A DNA stretch of 64,000 bases, from NCBI GenBank assembly GCA_964057225.1, contig OZ059898.1:21080001-21144000 (forward strand), in the 5' to 3' direction. Below, in pieces: positions 42,701 through 58,000 of the stretch. How positions within the stretch are numbered: the first letter of the stretch is position 1; every line of letters starts with the position of its first letter. The translations under genes were made by a program, and so were the position numbers. The notes under the pieces are model-generated. The model had not been told where the DNA came from and searched no databases. It saw only the letters and a program-made list of their open reading frames with translations. The stretch comes from Auanema rhodensis (taxonomy: Eukaryota > Animalia > Nematoda).

Positions 42701-45700
42701 TCCATATTAGTCTAAAAACTAATTTTTATTGATATTGCTTCATGGTAACCATGACTTTGAAATTTACGTGAACTTTAATTTATGCTAATTAAATGTACAC
42801 GTGATGTCCACTTGGTATGTAACTCGCTTCACGTGAAAGATAAAGAGATGCGGTTTCCAAAATTAGATTCCCCATGTCCATATTAGTCTAAAAACAAATT
42901 TTTATTGATATTGGTTCATGGTAACCATGACTTTGAAATTTACGTGAACTTTAATTTATGCTAATTAAATGTACACGTGATGTGCACTTGGTATGTAACT
43001 CGCTTCACGTGAAAGATAAAGAGATGCGGTTTTCAAAATTAGATTCCCCATGTCCATATTAGTCTAAAAACAAATTTTTATTGATATTGGTGCATGGTAA
43101 CCATGACTTTGAAATTTACGTGAACTTTAATTTATGCTAATTAAATGTACACGTGATGTGCACTTGGTATGTAACTCGCTTCACGTGAAAGATAAAGAGA
43201 TGCGGTTTTCAAAATTAGATTCCCCATGTCCATATTAGTCTAAAAACAAATTTTTATTGATATTGGTTCATGGTAACCATGACTTTGAAATTTACGTGAA
43301 CTTTAATTTATGCTAATTAAATGTACACGTGATGTGCACTTGGTATGTAACTCGCTTCACGTGAAAGATAAAGAGATGCGGTTTTCAAAATTTGATTCCC
43401 CATGTCCATATTAGTCTAAAAACAAATTTTTATTGATATTGGTGCATGGTAACCATGACTTTGAAATTTACGTGAACTTTAATTTATGCTAATTAAATGT
43501 ACACGTGATGTGCACTTGGTATGTAACTCGCTTCACGTGAAAGATAAAGAGATGCGGTTTTCAAAATTAGATTCCCCATGTCCATATTAGTCTAAAAACT
43601 GATTTTTATTGATATTGCTTCATGGTAACCATGACTTTGAAATTTACGTGAACTTCAATTTATGCTAATTAAATGTACACGTGATGTGCACTTGGTATGT
43701 AACTCGCTTCACGTGAAAGATAAAGAGATGCGGTTTTCAAAATTAGATTCCCCATGTCCATATTAGTCTAAAAACAAATTTTTATTGATATTGGTGCATG
43801 GTAACCATGACTTTGAATTTTACGTGAACTTTAATTTATGCTAATTAAATGTACACGTGATGTGCACTTGGTATGTAACTCGCTTCACGTGAAAGATAAA
43901 GAGATGCGGTTTTCAAAATTAGATTCCCCATGTCCATATTAGTCTAAAAACAAATTTTTATTGATATTGGTTCATGGTAACCATGACTTTGAAATTTACG
44001 TGAACTTTAATTTATGCTAATTAAATGTACACGTGATGTGCACTTGGTATGTAACTCGCTTCACGTGAAAGATAAAGAGATGCGGTTTTCAAAATTAGAT
44101 TCCCCATGTCCATATTAGTCTAAAAACAAATTTTTATTGATATTGGTTCATGGTAACCATGACTTTGAAATTTACGTGAACTTTAATTTATGCTAATTAA
44201 ATGTACACGTGATGTGCACTTGGTATGTAACTCGCTTCACGTGAAAGATAAAGAGATGCGGTTTTCAAAATTTGATTCCCCATGTCCATATTAGTCTAAA
44301 AACAAATTTTTATTGATATTGGTGCATGGTAACCATGACTTTGAAATTTACGTGAACTTTAATTTATGCTAATTAAATGTACACGTGATGTGCACTTGGT
44401 ATGTAACTCGCTTCACGTGAAAGATAAAGAGATGCGGTTTTCAAAATTAGATTCCCCATGTCCATATTAGTCTAAAAACTGATTTTTATTGATATTGCTT
44501 CATGGTAACCATGACTTTGAAATTTACGTGAACTTTAATTTATGCTAATTAAATGTACACGTGATGTGCACTTGGTATGTAACTCGCTTCACGTGAAAGA
44601 TAAAGAGATGCGGTTTTCAAAATTAGATTCCCCATGTCCATATTAGTCTAAAAACAAATTTTTATTGATATTGGTGCATGGTAACCATGACTTTGAATTT
44701 TACGTGAACTTTAATTTATGCTAATTAAATGTACACGTGATGTGCACTTGGTATGTAACTCGCTTCACGTGAAAGATAAAGAGATGCGGTTTTCAAAATT
44801 AGATTCCCCATGTCCATATTAGTCTAAAAACAAATTTTTATTGATATTGGTTCATGGTAACCATGACTTTGAAATTTACGTGAACTTTAATTTATGCTAA
44901 TTAAATGTACACGTGATGTGCACTTGGTATGTAACTCGCTTCACGTGAAAGATAAAGAGATGCGGTTTTCAAAATTAGATTTCCCATGTCCATATTAGTC
45001 TAAAAACTAATTTTTATTGATATTGCTTCATGGTAACCATGACTTTGAAATTTACGTGAACTTTAATTTATGCTAATTAAATGTACACGTGATGTGCACT
45101 TGGTATGTAACTCGCTTCACGTGAAAGATAAAGAGATGCGGTTTCCAAAATTAGATTCCCCATGTCCATATTAGTCTAAAAACAAATTTTTATTGATATT
45201 GGTTCATGGTAACCATGACTTTGAAATTTACGTGAACTTTAATTTATGCTAATTAAATGTACACGTGATGTGCACTTGGTATGTAACTCGCTTCACGTGA
45301 AAGATAAAGAGATGCGGTTTTCAAAATTAGATTCCCCATGTCCATATTAGTCTAAAAACAAATTTTTATTGATATTGGTGCATGGTAACCATGACTTTGA
45401 AATTTACGTGAACTTTAATTTATGCTAATTAAATGTACACGTGATGTGCACTTGGTATGTAACTCGCTTCACGTGAAAGATAAAGAGATGCGGTTTTCAA
45501 AATTAGATTCCCCATGTCCATATTAGTCTAAAAACAAATTTTTATTGATATTGCTTCATGGTAACCATGACTTTGAAATTTACGTGAACTTTAATTTATG
45601 CTAATTAAATGTACACGTGATGTGCACTTGGTATGTAACTCGCTTCACGTGAAAGATAAAGAGATGCGGTTTTCAAAATTAGATTCCCCATGTCCATATT

Positions 45701-46230
45701 AGTCTAAAAACAAATTTTTATTGATATTGGTGCATGGTAACCATGACTTTGAAATTTACGTGAACTTTAATTTATGCTAATTAAATGTACACGTGATGTG
45801 CACTTGGTATGTAACTCGCTTCACGTGAAAGATAAAGAGATGCGGTTTTCAAAATTAGATTCCCCATGTCCATATTAGTCTAAAAACAAATTTTTATTGA
45901 TATTGGTTCATGGTAACCATGACTTTGAATTTTACGTGAACTTTAATTTATGCTAATTAAATGTACACGTGATGTGCACTTGGTATGTAACTCGCTTCAC
46001 GTGAAAGATAAAGAGATGCGGTTTTCAAAATTAGATTCCCCATGTCCATATTAGTCTAAAAACAAATTTTATTGATATTGGTGCATGGTAACCATGACTT
46101 TGAATTTTACGTGAACTTTAATTTATGCTAATTAAATGTACACGTGATGTGCACTTGGTATGTAACTCGCTTCACGTGAAAGATAAAGAGATGCGGTTTT
46201 CAAAATTAGATTCCCCATGTCCATATTAGT
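39720..46230. repeat. Variant domain E with short 2-5-mer duplications
   Basis: Markers ttcTAcatg (about 40054, 41287, 41991, 42343), attgCttc, aaacTGatt (43600, 44480; 880 bp apart) and aaacTaatt (42720, 45008). Confidence 0.8.
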
Positions 46231-49200
46231 CTAAAAACAAATTTTTATTGATATTGGTTCATGGTAACCATGACTTTGAAATTTACGTGTACTTTAATTT
46301 ATGCTAATTAAATGTACACGTGATGTGCACTTGGTATGTAACTCGCTTCACGTGAAAGATAAAGAGATGCGGTTTTCAAAATTAGATTCCCCCTGTCCAT
46401 ATTAGTCTAAAAACAAATTTTTATTGATATTGCTTCATGGTAACCATGACTTTGAAATTTACGTGAACTTTAATTTATGCTAATTAAATGTACACGTGAT
46501 GTGCACTTGGTATGTAACTCGCTTCACGTGAAAGATAAAGAGATGCGGTTTTCAAAATTAGATTCCCCATGTCCATATTAGTCTAAAAACAAATTTTTAT
46601 TGATATTAGTTCATGGTAACCATGACTTTGAAATTTACGTGAACTTTAATTTATGCTAATTAAATGTACACGTGATGTGCACTTGGTATGTAACTCGCTT
46701 CACGTGAAAGATAAAGAGATGCGGTTTTCAAAATTAGATTCCCCATGTCCATATTAGTCTAAAAACAAATTTTTATTGATATTGGTTCATGGTAACCATG
46801 ACTTTGAAATTTACGTGAACTTTAATTTATGCTAATTAAATGTACACGTGATGTGCACTTGGTATGTAACTCGCTTCACGTGAAAGATAAAGAGATGCGG
46901 TTTTCAAAATTAGATTCCCCCTGTCCATATTAGTCTAAAAACAAATTTTTATTGATATTGCTTCATGGTAACCATGACTTTGAAATTTACGTGAACTTTA
47001 ATTTATGCTAATTAAATGTACACGTGATGTGCACTTGGTATGTAACTCGCTTCACGTGAAAGATAAAGAGATGCGGTTTTCAAAATTAGATTCCCCATGT
47101 CCATATTAGTCTAAAAACAAATTTTTATTGATATTGGTTCATGGTAACCATGACTTTGAAATTTACGTGAACTTTAATTTATGCTAATTAAATGTACACG
47201 TGATGTGCACTTGGTATGTAACTCGCTTCACGTGAAAGATAAAGAGATGCGGTTTTCAAAATTAGATTCCCCCTGTCCATATTAGTCTAAAAACAAATTT
47301 TTATTGATATTGGTTCATGGTAACCATGACTTTAAAATTTACGTGAACTTTAATTTATGCTAATTAAATGTACACGTGATGTGCACTTGGTATGTAACTC
47401 GCTTCACGTGAAAGATAAAGAGATGCGGTTTTCAAAATTAGATTCCCCATGTCCATATTAGTCTAAAAACAAATTTTTATTGATATTAGTTCATGGTAAC
47501 CATGACTTTGAATTTTACGTGAACTTTAATTTATGCTAATTAAATGTACACGTGATGTGCACTTGGTATGTAACTCGCTTCACGTGAAAGATAAAGAGAT
47601 GCGGTTTTCAAAATTAGATTCCCCATGTCCATATTAGTCTAAAAACAAATTTTTATTGATATTGGTTCATGGTAACCATGACTTTGAAATTTACGTGAAC
47701 TTTAATTTATGCTAATTAAATGTACACGTGATGTGCACTTGGTATGTAACTCGCTTCACGTGAAAGATAAAGAGATGCGGTTTTCAAAATTAGATTCCCC
47801 CTGTCCATATTAGTCTAAAAACAAATTTTTATTGATATTGGTTCATGGTAACCATGACTTTGAAATTTACGTGAACTTTAATTTATGCTAATTAAATGTA
47901 CACGTGATGTGCACTTGGTATGTAACTCGCTTCACGTGAAAGATAAAGAGATGCGGTTTTCAAAATTAGATTCCCCATGTCCATATTAGTCTAAAAACAA
48001 ATTTTTATTGATATTGGTGCATGGTAACCATGACTTTGAAATTTACGTGAACTTTAATTTATGCTAATTAAATGTACACGTGATGTGCACTTGGTATGTA
48101 ACTCGCTTCACGTGAAAGATAAAGAGATGCGGTTTTCAAAATTAGATTCCCCATGTCCATATTAGTCTAAAAACAAATTTTTATTGATATTGGTGCATGG
48201 TAACCATGACTTTGAATTTTACGTGAACTTTAATTTATGCTAATTAAATGTACACGTGATGTGCACTTGGTATGTAACTCGCTTCACGTGAAAGATAAAG
48301 AGATGCGGTTTTCAAAATTAGATTCCCCATGTCCATATTAGTCTAAAAACAAATTTTTATTGATATTAGTTCATGGTAACCATGACTTTGAAATTTACGT
48401 GAACTTTAATTTATGCTAATTAAATGTACACGTGATGTGCACTTGGTATGTAACTCGCTTCACGTGAAAGATAAAGAGATGCGGTTTTCAAAATTAGATT
48501 CCCCATGTCCATATTAGTCTAAAAACAAATTTTTATTGATATTGGTTCATGGTAACCATGACTTTGAAATTTACGTGAACTTTAATTTATGCTAATTAAA
48601 TGTACACGTGATGTGCACTTGGTATGTAACTCGCTTCACGTGAAAGATAAAGAGATGCGGTTTTCAAAATTAGATTCCCCCTGTCCATATTAGTCTAAAA
48701 ACAAATTTTTATTGATATTGGTTCATGGTAACCATGACTTTAAAATTTACGTGAACTTTAATTTATGCTAATTAAATGTACACGTGATGTGCACTTGGTA
48801 TGTAACTCGCTTCACGTGAAAGATAAAGAGATGCGGTTTTCAAAATTAGATTCCGCATGTCCATATTAGTCTAAAAACAAATTTTTATTGATATTAGTTC
48901 ATGGTAACCATGACTTTGAATTTTACGTGAACTTTAATTTATGCTAATTAAATGTACACGTGATGTGCACTTGGTATGTAACTCGCTTCACGTGAAAGAT
49001 AAAGAGATGCGGTTTTCAAAATTAGATTCCCCATGTCCATATTAGTCTAAAAACAAATTTTTATTGATATTGGTTCATGGTAACCATGACTTTGAAATTT
49101 ACGTGAACTTTAATTTATGCTAATTAAATGTACACGTGATGTGCACTTGGTATGTAACTCGCTTCACGTGAAAGATAAAGAGATGCGGTTTTCAAAATTA

Positions 49201-52000
49201 GATTCCCCATGTCCATATTAGTCTAAAAACAAATTTTTATTGATATTGGTGCATGGTAACCATGACTTTGAAATTTACGTGAACTTTAATTTATGCTAAT
49301 TAAATGTACACGTGATGTGCACTTGGTATGTAACTCGCTTCACGTGAAAGATAAAGAGATGCGGTTTTCAAAATTAGATTCCCCATGTCCATATTAGTCT
49401 AAAAACAAATTTTTATTGATATTGGTGCATGGTAACCATGACTTTGAATTTTACGTGAACTTTAATTTATGCTAATTAAATGTACACGTGATGTGCACTT
49501 GGTATGTAACTCGCTTCACGTGAAAGATAAAGAGATGCGGTTTTCAAAATTAGATTCCCCATGTCCATATTAGTCTAAAAACAAATTTTTATTGATATTA
49601 GTTCATGGTAACCATGACTTTGAAATTTACGTGAACTTTAATTTATGCTAATTAAATGTACACGTGATGTGCACTTGGTATGTAACTCGCTTCACGTGAA
49701 AGATAAAGAGATGCGGTTTTCAAAATTAGATTCCCCATGTCCATATTAGTCTAAAAACAAATTTTTATTGATATTGGTTCATGGTAACCATGACTTTGAA
49801 ATTTACGTGAACTTTAATTTATGCTAATTAAATGTACACGTGATGTGCACTTGGTATGTAACTCGCTTCACGTGAAAGATAAAGAGATGCGGTTTTCAAA
49901 ATTAGATTCCCCCTGTCCATATTAGTCTAAAAACAAATTTTTATTGATATTGGTTCATGGTAACCATGACTTTAAAATTTACGTGAACTTTAATTTATGC
50001 TAATTAAATGTACACGTGATGTGCACTTGGTATGTAACTCGCTTCACGTGAAAGATAAAGAGATGCGGTTTTCAAAATTAGATTCCGCATGTCCATATTA
50101 GTCTAAAAACAAATTTTTATTGATATTAGTTCATGGTAACCATGACTTTGAATTTTACGTGAACTTTAATTTATGCTAATTAAATGTACACGTGATGTGC
50201 ACTTGGTATGTAACTCGCTTCACGTGAAAGATAAAGAGATGCGGTTTTCAAAATTAGATTCCCCATGTCCATATTAGTCTAAAAACAAATTTTTATTGAT
50301 ATTGGTTCATGGTAACCATGACTTTGAAATTTACGTGAACTTTAATTTATGCTAATTAAATGTACACGTGATGTGCACTTGGTATGTAACTCGCTTCACG
50401 TGAAAGATAAAGAGATGCGGTTTTCAAAATTAGATTCCCCCTGTCCATATTAGTCTAAAAACAAATTTTTATTGATATTGGTTCATGGTAACCATGACTT
50501 TGAAATTTACGTGAACTTTAATTTATGCTAATTAAATGTACACGTGATGTGCACTTGGTATGTAACTCGCTTCACGTGAAAGATAAAGAGATGCGGTTTT
50601 CAAAATTAGATTCCCCATGTCCATATTAGTCTAAAAACAAATTTTTATTGATATTGGTTCATGGTAACCATGACTTTGAAATTTACGTGAACTATAATTT
50701 ATGCTAATTAAATGTACACGTGATGTGCACTTGGTATGTAACTCGCTTCACGTGAAAGATAAAGAGATGCGGTTTTCAAAATTAGATTCCCCATGTCCAT
50801 ATTAGTCTAAAAACAAATTTTTATTGATATTGGTTCATGGTAACCATGACTTTGAAATTTACGTGAACTTTAATTTATGCTAATTAAATGTACACGTGAT
50901 GTGCACTTGGTATGTAACTCGCTTCACGTGAAAGATAAAGAGATGCGGTTTTCAAAATTAGATTCCCCATGTCCATATTAGTCTAAAAACAAATTTTTAT
51001 TGATATTGGTGCATGGTAACCATGACTTTGAAATTTACGTGAATTTTAATTTATGCTAATTAAATGTACACGTGATGTGCACTTGGTATGTAACTCGCTT
51101 CACGTGAAAGATAAAGAGATGCGGTTTTCAAAATTAGATTCCCCCTGTCCATATTAGTCTAAAAACAAATTTTTATTGATATTGGTTCATGGTAACCATG
51201 ACTTTGAAATTTACGTGAACTTTAATTTATGCTAATTAAATGTACACGTGATGTGCACTTGGTATGTAACTCGCTTCACGTGAAATATAAAGAGATGCGG
51301 TTTTCAAAATTAGATTCCCCATGTCCATATTAGTCTAATAACAAATTTTTATTGATATTAGTTCATGGTAACCATGACTTTGAAATTTACGTGAATTTTA
51401 ATTTATGCTAATTAAATGTACACGTGATGTGCACTTGGTATGTAACTCGCTTCACGTGAAAGATAAAGAGATGCGGTTTTCAAAATTAGATTCCCCATGT
51501 CCATATTAGTCTAAAAACAAATTTTTATTGATATTGGTTCATGGTAACCATGACTTTGAAATTTACGTGAACTTTAATTTATGCTAATTAAATGTACACG
51601 TGATGTGCACTTGGTATGTAACTCGCTTCACGTGAAAGATAAAGAGATGCGGTTTTCAAAATTAGATTCCCCCTGTCCATATTAGTCTAAAAACAAATTT
51701 TTATTGATATTGGTTCATGGTAACCATGACTTTGAATTTTACGTGAACTTTAATTTATGCTAATTGAATGTACACGTGATGTGCACTTGGTATGTAACTC
51801 GCTTCACGTGAAAGATAAAGAGATGCGGTTTTCAAAATTAGATTCCCCATGTCCATATTAGTCTAAAAACAAATTTTTATTGATATTGGTTCATGGTAAC
51901 CATGACTTTGAAATTTACGTGAATTTTAATTTATGCTAATTAAATGTACACGTGATGTGCACTTGGTATGTAACTCGCTTCACGTGAAAGATAAAGAGAT
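46231..52000. repeat. Variant domain F, T-allele dominated, with a 7-mer duplication
   Basis: ccccCtgt occurs nine times between about 46393 and 51673 and nowhere else; ttccGcatg at 48855 and 50087 (1232 bp apart). Confidence 0.82.
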
Positions 52001-55000
52001 GCGGTTTTCAAAATTAGATTCCCCATGTCCATATTAGTCTAAAAACAAATTTTTATTGATATTGGTTCATGGTAACCATGACTTTGAAATTTACGTGAAC
52101 TTTAATTTATGCTAATTAAATGTACATGTGATGTGCACTTGGTATGTAACTCGCTTCACGTGAAAGATAAAGAGATGCGGTTTTCAAAATTAGATTCCCC
52201 ATGTCCATATTAGTCTAAAAACAAATTTTTATTGATATTGGTGCATGGTAACCATGACTTTGAAATTTACGTGAACTTTAATTTATGCTAATTAAATGTA
52301 CACGTGATGTGCACTTGGTATGTAACTCGCTTCACGTGAAAGATAAAGAGATGCGGTTTTCAAAATTAGATTCCCCATGTCCATATTAGTCTAAAAACAA
52401 ATTTTTATTGATATTGGTGCATGGTAACCATGACTTTGAAATTTACGTGAACTTTAATTTATGCTAATTAAATGTACACGTGATGTGCACTTGGTATGTA
52501 ACTCGCTTCACGTGAAAGATAAAGAGATGCGGTTTTCAAAATTAGATTCCCCATGTCCATATTAGTCTAAAAACAAATTTTTATTGATATTGGTGCATGG
52601 TAACCATGACTTTGAAAGTTACGTGAACTTTAATTTATGCTAATCAAATGTACACGTGATGTGCACTTGGTATGTAACTCGCTTCACGTGAAAGATAAAG
52701 AGATGCGGTTTTCAAAATTAGATTCCCCATGTCCATATTAGTCTAAAAACAAATTTTTATTGATATTGGTTCATGGTAACCATGACTTTGAAATTTACGT
52801 GAACTTTAATTTATGCTAATTAAATGTACACGTGATGTGCACTTGGTATGTAACTCGCTTCACGTGAAAGATAAAGAGATGCGGTTTTCAAAATTAGATT
52901 CCCCATGTCCATATTAGTCTAAAAACAAATTTTTATTGATATTGGTGCATGGTAACCATGACTTTGAAATTTACGTGAACTTTAATTTATGCTAATTAAA
53001 TGTACACGTGATGTGCACTTGGTATGTAACTCGCTTCACGTGAAAGATGAAGAGATGCGGTTTTCAAAATTAGATTCCCCATGTCCATATTAGTCTAAAA
53101 ACAAATTTTTATTGATATTGGTGCATGGTAACCATGACTTTGAAATTTACGTGAACTTTAATTTATGCTAATTAAATGTACACGTGATGTGCACTTGGTA
53201 TGTAACTCGCTTCACGTGAAAGATGAAGAGATGCGGTTTTCAAAATTAGATTCCCCATGTCCATATTAGTCTAAAAACAAATTTTTATTGATATTGGTGC
53301 ATGGTAACCATGACTTTGAAATTTACGTGAACTTTAATTTATGCTAATTAAATGTACACGTGATGTGCACTTGGTATGTAACTCGCTTCACGTGAAAGAT
53401 AAAGAGATGCGGTTTTCAAAATTAGATTCCCCATGTCCATATTAGTCTAAAAACAAATTTTTATTGATATTGGTGCATGGTAACCATGACTTTGAAATTT
53501 ACGTGAACTTTAATTTATGCTAATTAAATGTACACGTGATGTGCACTTGGTATGTAACTCGCTTCACGTGAAAGATAAAGAGATGCGGTTTTCAAAATTA
53601 GATTCCCCATGTCCATATTAGTCTAAAAACAAATTTTTATTGATATTGGTGCATGGTAACCATGACTTTGAAATTTACGTGAACTTTAATTTATGCTAAT
53701 TAAATGTACACGTGATGTGCACTTGGTATGTAACTCGCTTCACGTGAAAGATGAAGAGATGCGGTTTTCAAAATTAGATTCCCCATGTCCATATTAGTCT
53801 AAAAACAAATTTTTATTGATATTGGTGCATGGTAACCATGACTTTGAAATTTACGTGAACTTTAATTTATGCTAATTAAATGTACACGTGATGTGCACTT
53901 GGTATGTAACTCGCTTCACGTGAAAGATGAAGAGATGCGGTTTTCAAAATTAGATTCCCCATGTCCATATTAGTCTAAAAACAAATTTTTATTGACATTG
54001 GTGCATGGTAACCATGACTTTGAAATTTACGTGAACTTTAATTTATGCTAATTAAATGTACACGTGATGTGCACTTGGTATGTAACTCGCTTCACGTGAA
54101 AGATAAAGAGATGCGGTTTTCAAAATTAGATTCCTCATGTCCATATTAGTCTAAAAACAAATTTTTATTGATATTGGTGCATGGTAACCATGACTTTGAA
54201 ATTTACGTGAACTTTAATTTATGCTAATTAAATGTACACGTGATGTGCACTTGGTATGTAACTCGCTTCACGTGAAAGATAAAGAGATGCGGTTTTCAAA
54301 ATTAGATTCCCCATGTCCATATTAGTCTAAAAACAAATTTTTATTGATATTGGTGCATGGTAACCATGACTTTGAAATTTACGTGAACTTTAATTTATGC
54401 TAATTAAATGTACACGTGATGTGCACTTGGTATGTAACTCGCTTCACGTGAAAGATAAAGAGATGCGGTTTCCAAAATTAGATTCCCCATGTCCATATTA
54501 GTCTAAAAACAAATTTTTATTGATATTGGTGCATGGTAACCATGACTTTGAAATTTACGTGAACTTTAATTTATGCTAATTAAATGTACACGTGATGTGC
54601 ACTTGGTATGTAACTCGCTTCACGTGAAAGATGAAGAGATGCGGTTTTCAAAATTAGATTCCCCATGTCCATATTAGTCTAAAAACAAATTTTTATTGAT
54701 ATTGGTGCATGGTAACCATGACTTTGAAATTTACGTGAACTTTAATTTATGCTAATTAAATGTACACGTGATGTGCACTTGGTATGTAACTCGCTTCACG
54801 TGAAAGATGAAGAGATGCGGTTTTCAAAATTAGATTCCCCATGTCCATATTAGTCTAAAAACAAATTTTTATTGACATTGGTGCATGGTAACCATGACTT
54901 TGAAATTTACGTGAACTTTAATTTATGCTAATTAAATGTACACGTGATGTGCACTTGGTATGTAACTCGCTTCACGTGAAAGATAAAGAGATGCGGTTTT

Positions 55001-58000
55001 CAAAATTAGATTCCTCATGTCCATATTAGTCTAAAAACAAATTTTTATTGATATTGGTGCATGGTAACCATGACTTTGAAATTTACGTGAACTTTAATTT
55101 ATGCTAATTAAATGTACACGTGATGTGCACTTGGTATGTAACTCGCTTCACGTGAAAGATAAAGAGATGCGGTTTTCAAAATTAGATTCCCCATGTCCAT
55201 ATTAGTCTAAAAACAAATTTTTATTGATATTGGTTCATGGTAACCATGACTTTGAAATTTACGTGAACTTTAATTTATGCTAATTAAATGTACACGTGAT
55301 GTGCACTTGGTATGTAACTCGCTTCACGTGAAAGATAAAGAGATGCGGTTTTCAAAATTAGATTCCTCATGTCCATATTAGTCTAAAAACAAATTTTTAT
55401 TGATATTGGTGCATGGTAACCATGACTTTGAAATTTACGTGAACTTTAATTTATGCTAATTAAATGTACACGTGATGTGCACTTGGTATGTAACTCGCTT
55501 CACGTGAAAGATGAAGAGATGCGGTTTTCAAAATTAGATTCCCCATGTCCATATTAGTCTAAAAACAAATTTTTATTGACATTGGTGCATGGTAACCATG
55601 ACTTTGAAATTTACGTGAACTTTAATTTATGCTAATTAAATGTACACGTGATGTGCACTTGGTATGTAACTCGCTTCACGTGAAAGATAAAGAGATGCGG
55701 TTTTCAAAATTAGATTCCCCATGTCCATATTAGTCTAAAAACAAATTTTTATTGACATTGGTGCATGGTAACCATGACTTTGAAATTTACGTGAACTTTA
55801 ATTTATGCTAATTAAATGTACACGTGATGTGCACTTGGTATGTAACTCGCTTCACGTGAAAGATGAAGAGATGCGGTTTTCAAAATTAGATTCCCCATGT
55901 CCATATTAGTCTAAAAACAAATTTTTATTGATATTGGTGCATGGTAACCATGACTTTGAAATTTACGTGAACTTTAATTTATGCTAATTAAATGTACACG
56001 TGATGTGCACTTGGTATGTAACTCGCTTCACGTGAAAGATAAGGAGATGCGGTTTTCAAAATTAGATTCCCCATGTCCATATTAGTCTAAAAACAAATTT
56101 TTATTGATATTGGTTCATGGTAACCATGACTTTGAAATTTACGTGAACTTTAATTTATGCTAATTAAATGTACACGTGATGTGCACTTGGTATGTAACTC
56201 GCTTCACGTGAAAGATAAGGAGATGCGGTTTTCAAAATTAGATTCCCCATGTCCATATTAGTCTAAAAACAAATTTTTATTGATATTGGTGCATGGTAAC
56301 CATGACTTTGAAATTTACGTGAACTTTAATTTATGCTAATTAAATGTACACGTGATGTGCACTTGGTATGTAACTCGCTTCACGTGAAAGATAAAGAGAT
56401 GCGGTTTTCAAAATTAGATTCCCCATGTCCATATTAGTCTAAAAACAATTTTTTATTGATATTGGTGCATGGTAACCATGACTTTGAAATTTACGTGAAC
56501 TTTAATTTATGCTAATTAAATGTACACGTGATGTGCACTTGGTATGTAACTCGCTTCACGTGAAAGTTAAAGAGATGCGGTTTTCAAAATTAGATTCCCC
56601 ATGTCCATATTAGTCTAAAAACAAATTTTTATTGATATTGGTTCATGGTAACCATGACTTTGAAATTTACGTGAACTTTAATTTATGCTAATTAAATGTA
56701 CATGTGATGTGCACTTGGTATGTAACTCGCTTCACGTGAAAGATAAAGAGATGCGGTTTTCAAAATTAGATTCCCCATGTCCATATTAGTCTAAAAACAA
56801 ATTTTTATTGATATTGGTGCATGGTAACCATGACTTTGAAATTTACGTGAACTTTAATTTATGCTAATTAAATGTACACGTGATGTGCACTTGGTATGTA
56901 ACTCGCTTCACGTGAAAGATGAAGAGATGCGGTTTTCAAAATTAGATTCCCCATGTCCATATTAGTCTAAAAACAAATTTTTATTGATATTGGTACATGG
57001 TAACCATGACTTTGAAATTTACGTGAACTTTAATTTATGCTAATTAAATGTACACGTGATGTGCACTTGGTATGTAACTCGCTTCACGTGAAAGATAAAG
57101 AGATGCGGTTTTCAAAATTAGATTCCCCATGTCCATATTAGTCTAAAAACAAATTTTTATTGATATTGGTGCATGGTAACCATGACTTTGAAATTTACGT
57201 GAACTTTAATTTATGCTAATTAAATGTACACGTGATGTGCACTTGGTATGTAACTCGCTTCACGTGAAAGATAAAGAGATGCGGTTTTCAAAATTAGATT
57301 CCCCATGTCCATATTAGTCTAAAAACAAATTTTTATTGATATTGGTGCATGGTAACCATGACTTTGAAAGTTACGTGAACTTTAATTTATGCTAATCAAA
57401 TGTACACGTGATGTGCACTTGGTATGTAACTCGCTTCACGTGAAAGATAAAGAGATGCGGTTTTCAAAATTAGATTCCCCATGTCCATATTAGTCTAAAA
57501 ACAAATTTTTATTGATATTGGTTCATGGTAACCATGACTTTGAAATTTACGTGAACTTTAATTTATGCTAATTAAATGTACACGTGATGTGCACTTGGTA
57601 TGTAACTCGCTTCACGTGAAAGATAAAGAGATGCGGTTTTCAAAATTAGATTCCCCATGTCCATATTAGTCTAAAAACAAATTTTTATTGATATTGGTGC
57701 ATGGTAACCATGACTTTGAAATTTACGTGAACTTTAATTTATGCTAATTAAATGTACACGTGATGTGCACTTGGTATGTAACTCGCTTCACGTGAAAGAT
57801 GAAGAGATGCGGTTTTCAAAATTAGATTCCCCATGTCCATATTAGTCTAAAAACAAATTTTTATTGATATTGGTGCATGGTAACCATGACTTTGAAATTT
57901 ACGTGAACTTTAATTTATGCTAATTAAATGTACACGTGATGTGCACTTGGTATGTAACTCGCTTCACGTGAAAGATGAAGAGATGCGGTTTTCAAAATTA

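Noticed and set aside
46067-46070. 1-bp deletion in a T run (and in an A run at 63129-63132)
   Set aside because: Singleton homopolymer contractions cannot be distinguished from sequencing error; they were used only for phase bookkeeping and are weak evidence for the hotspot.
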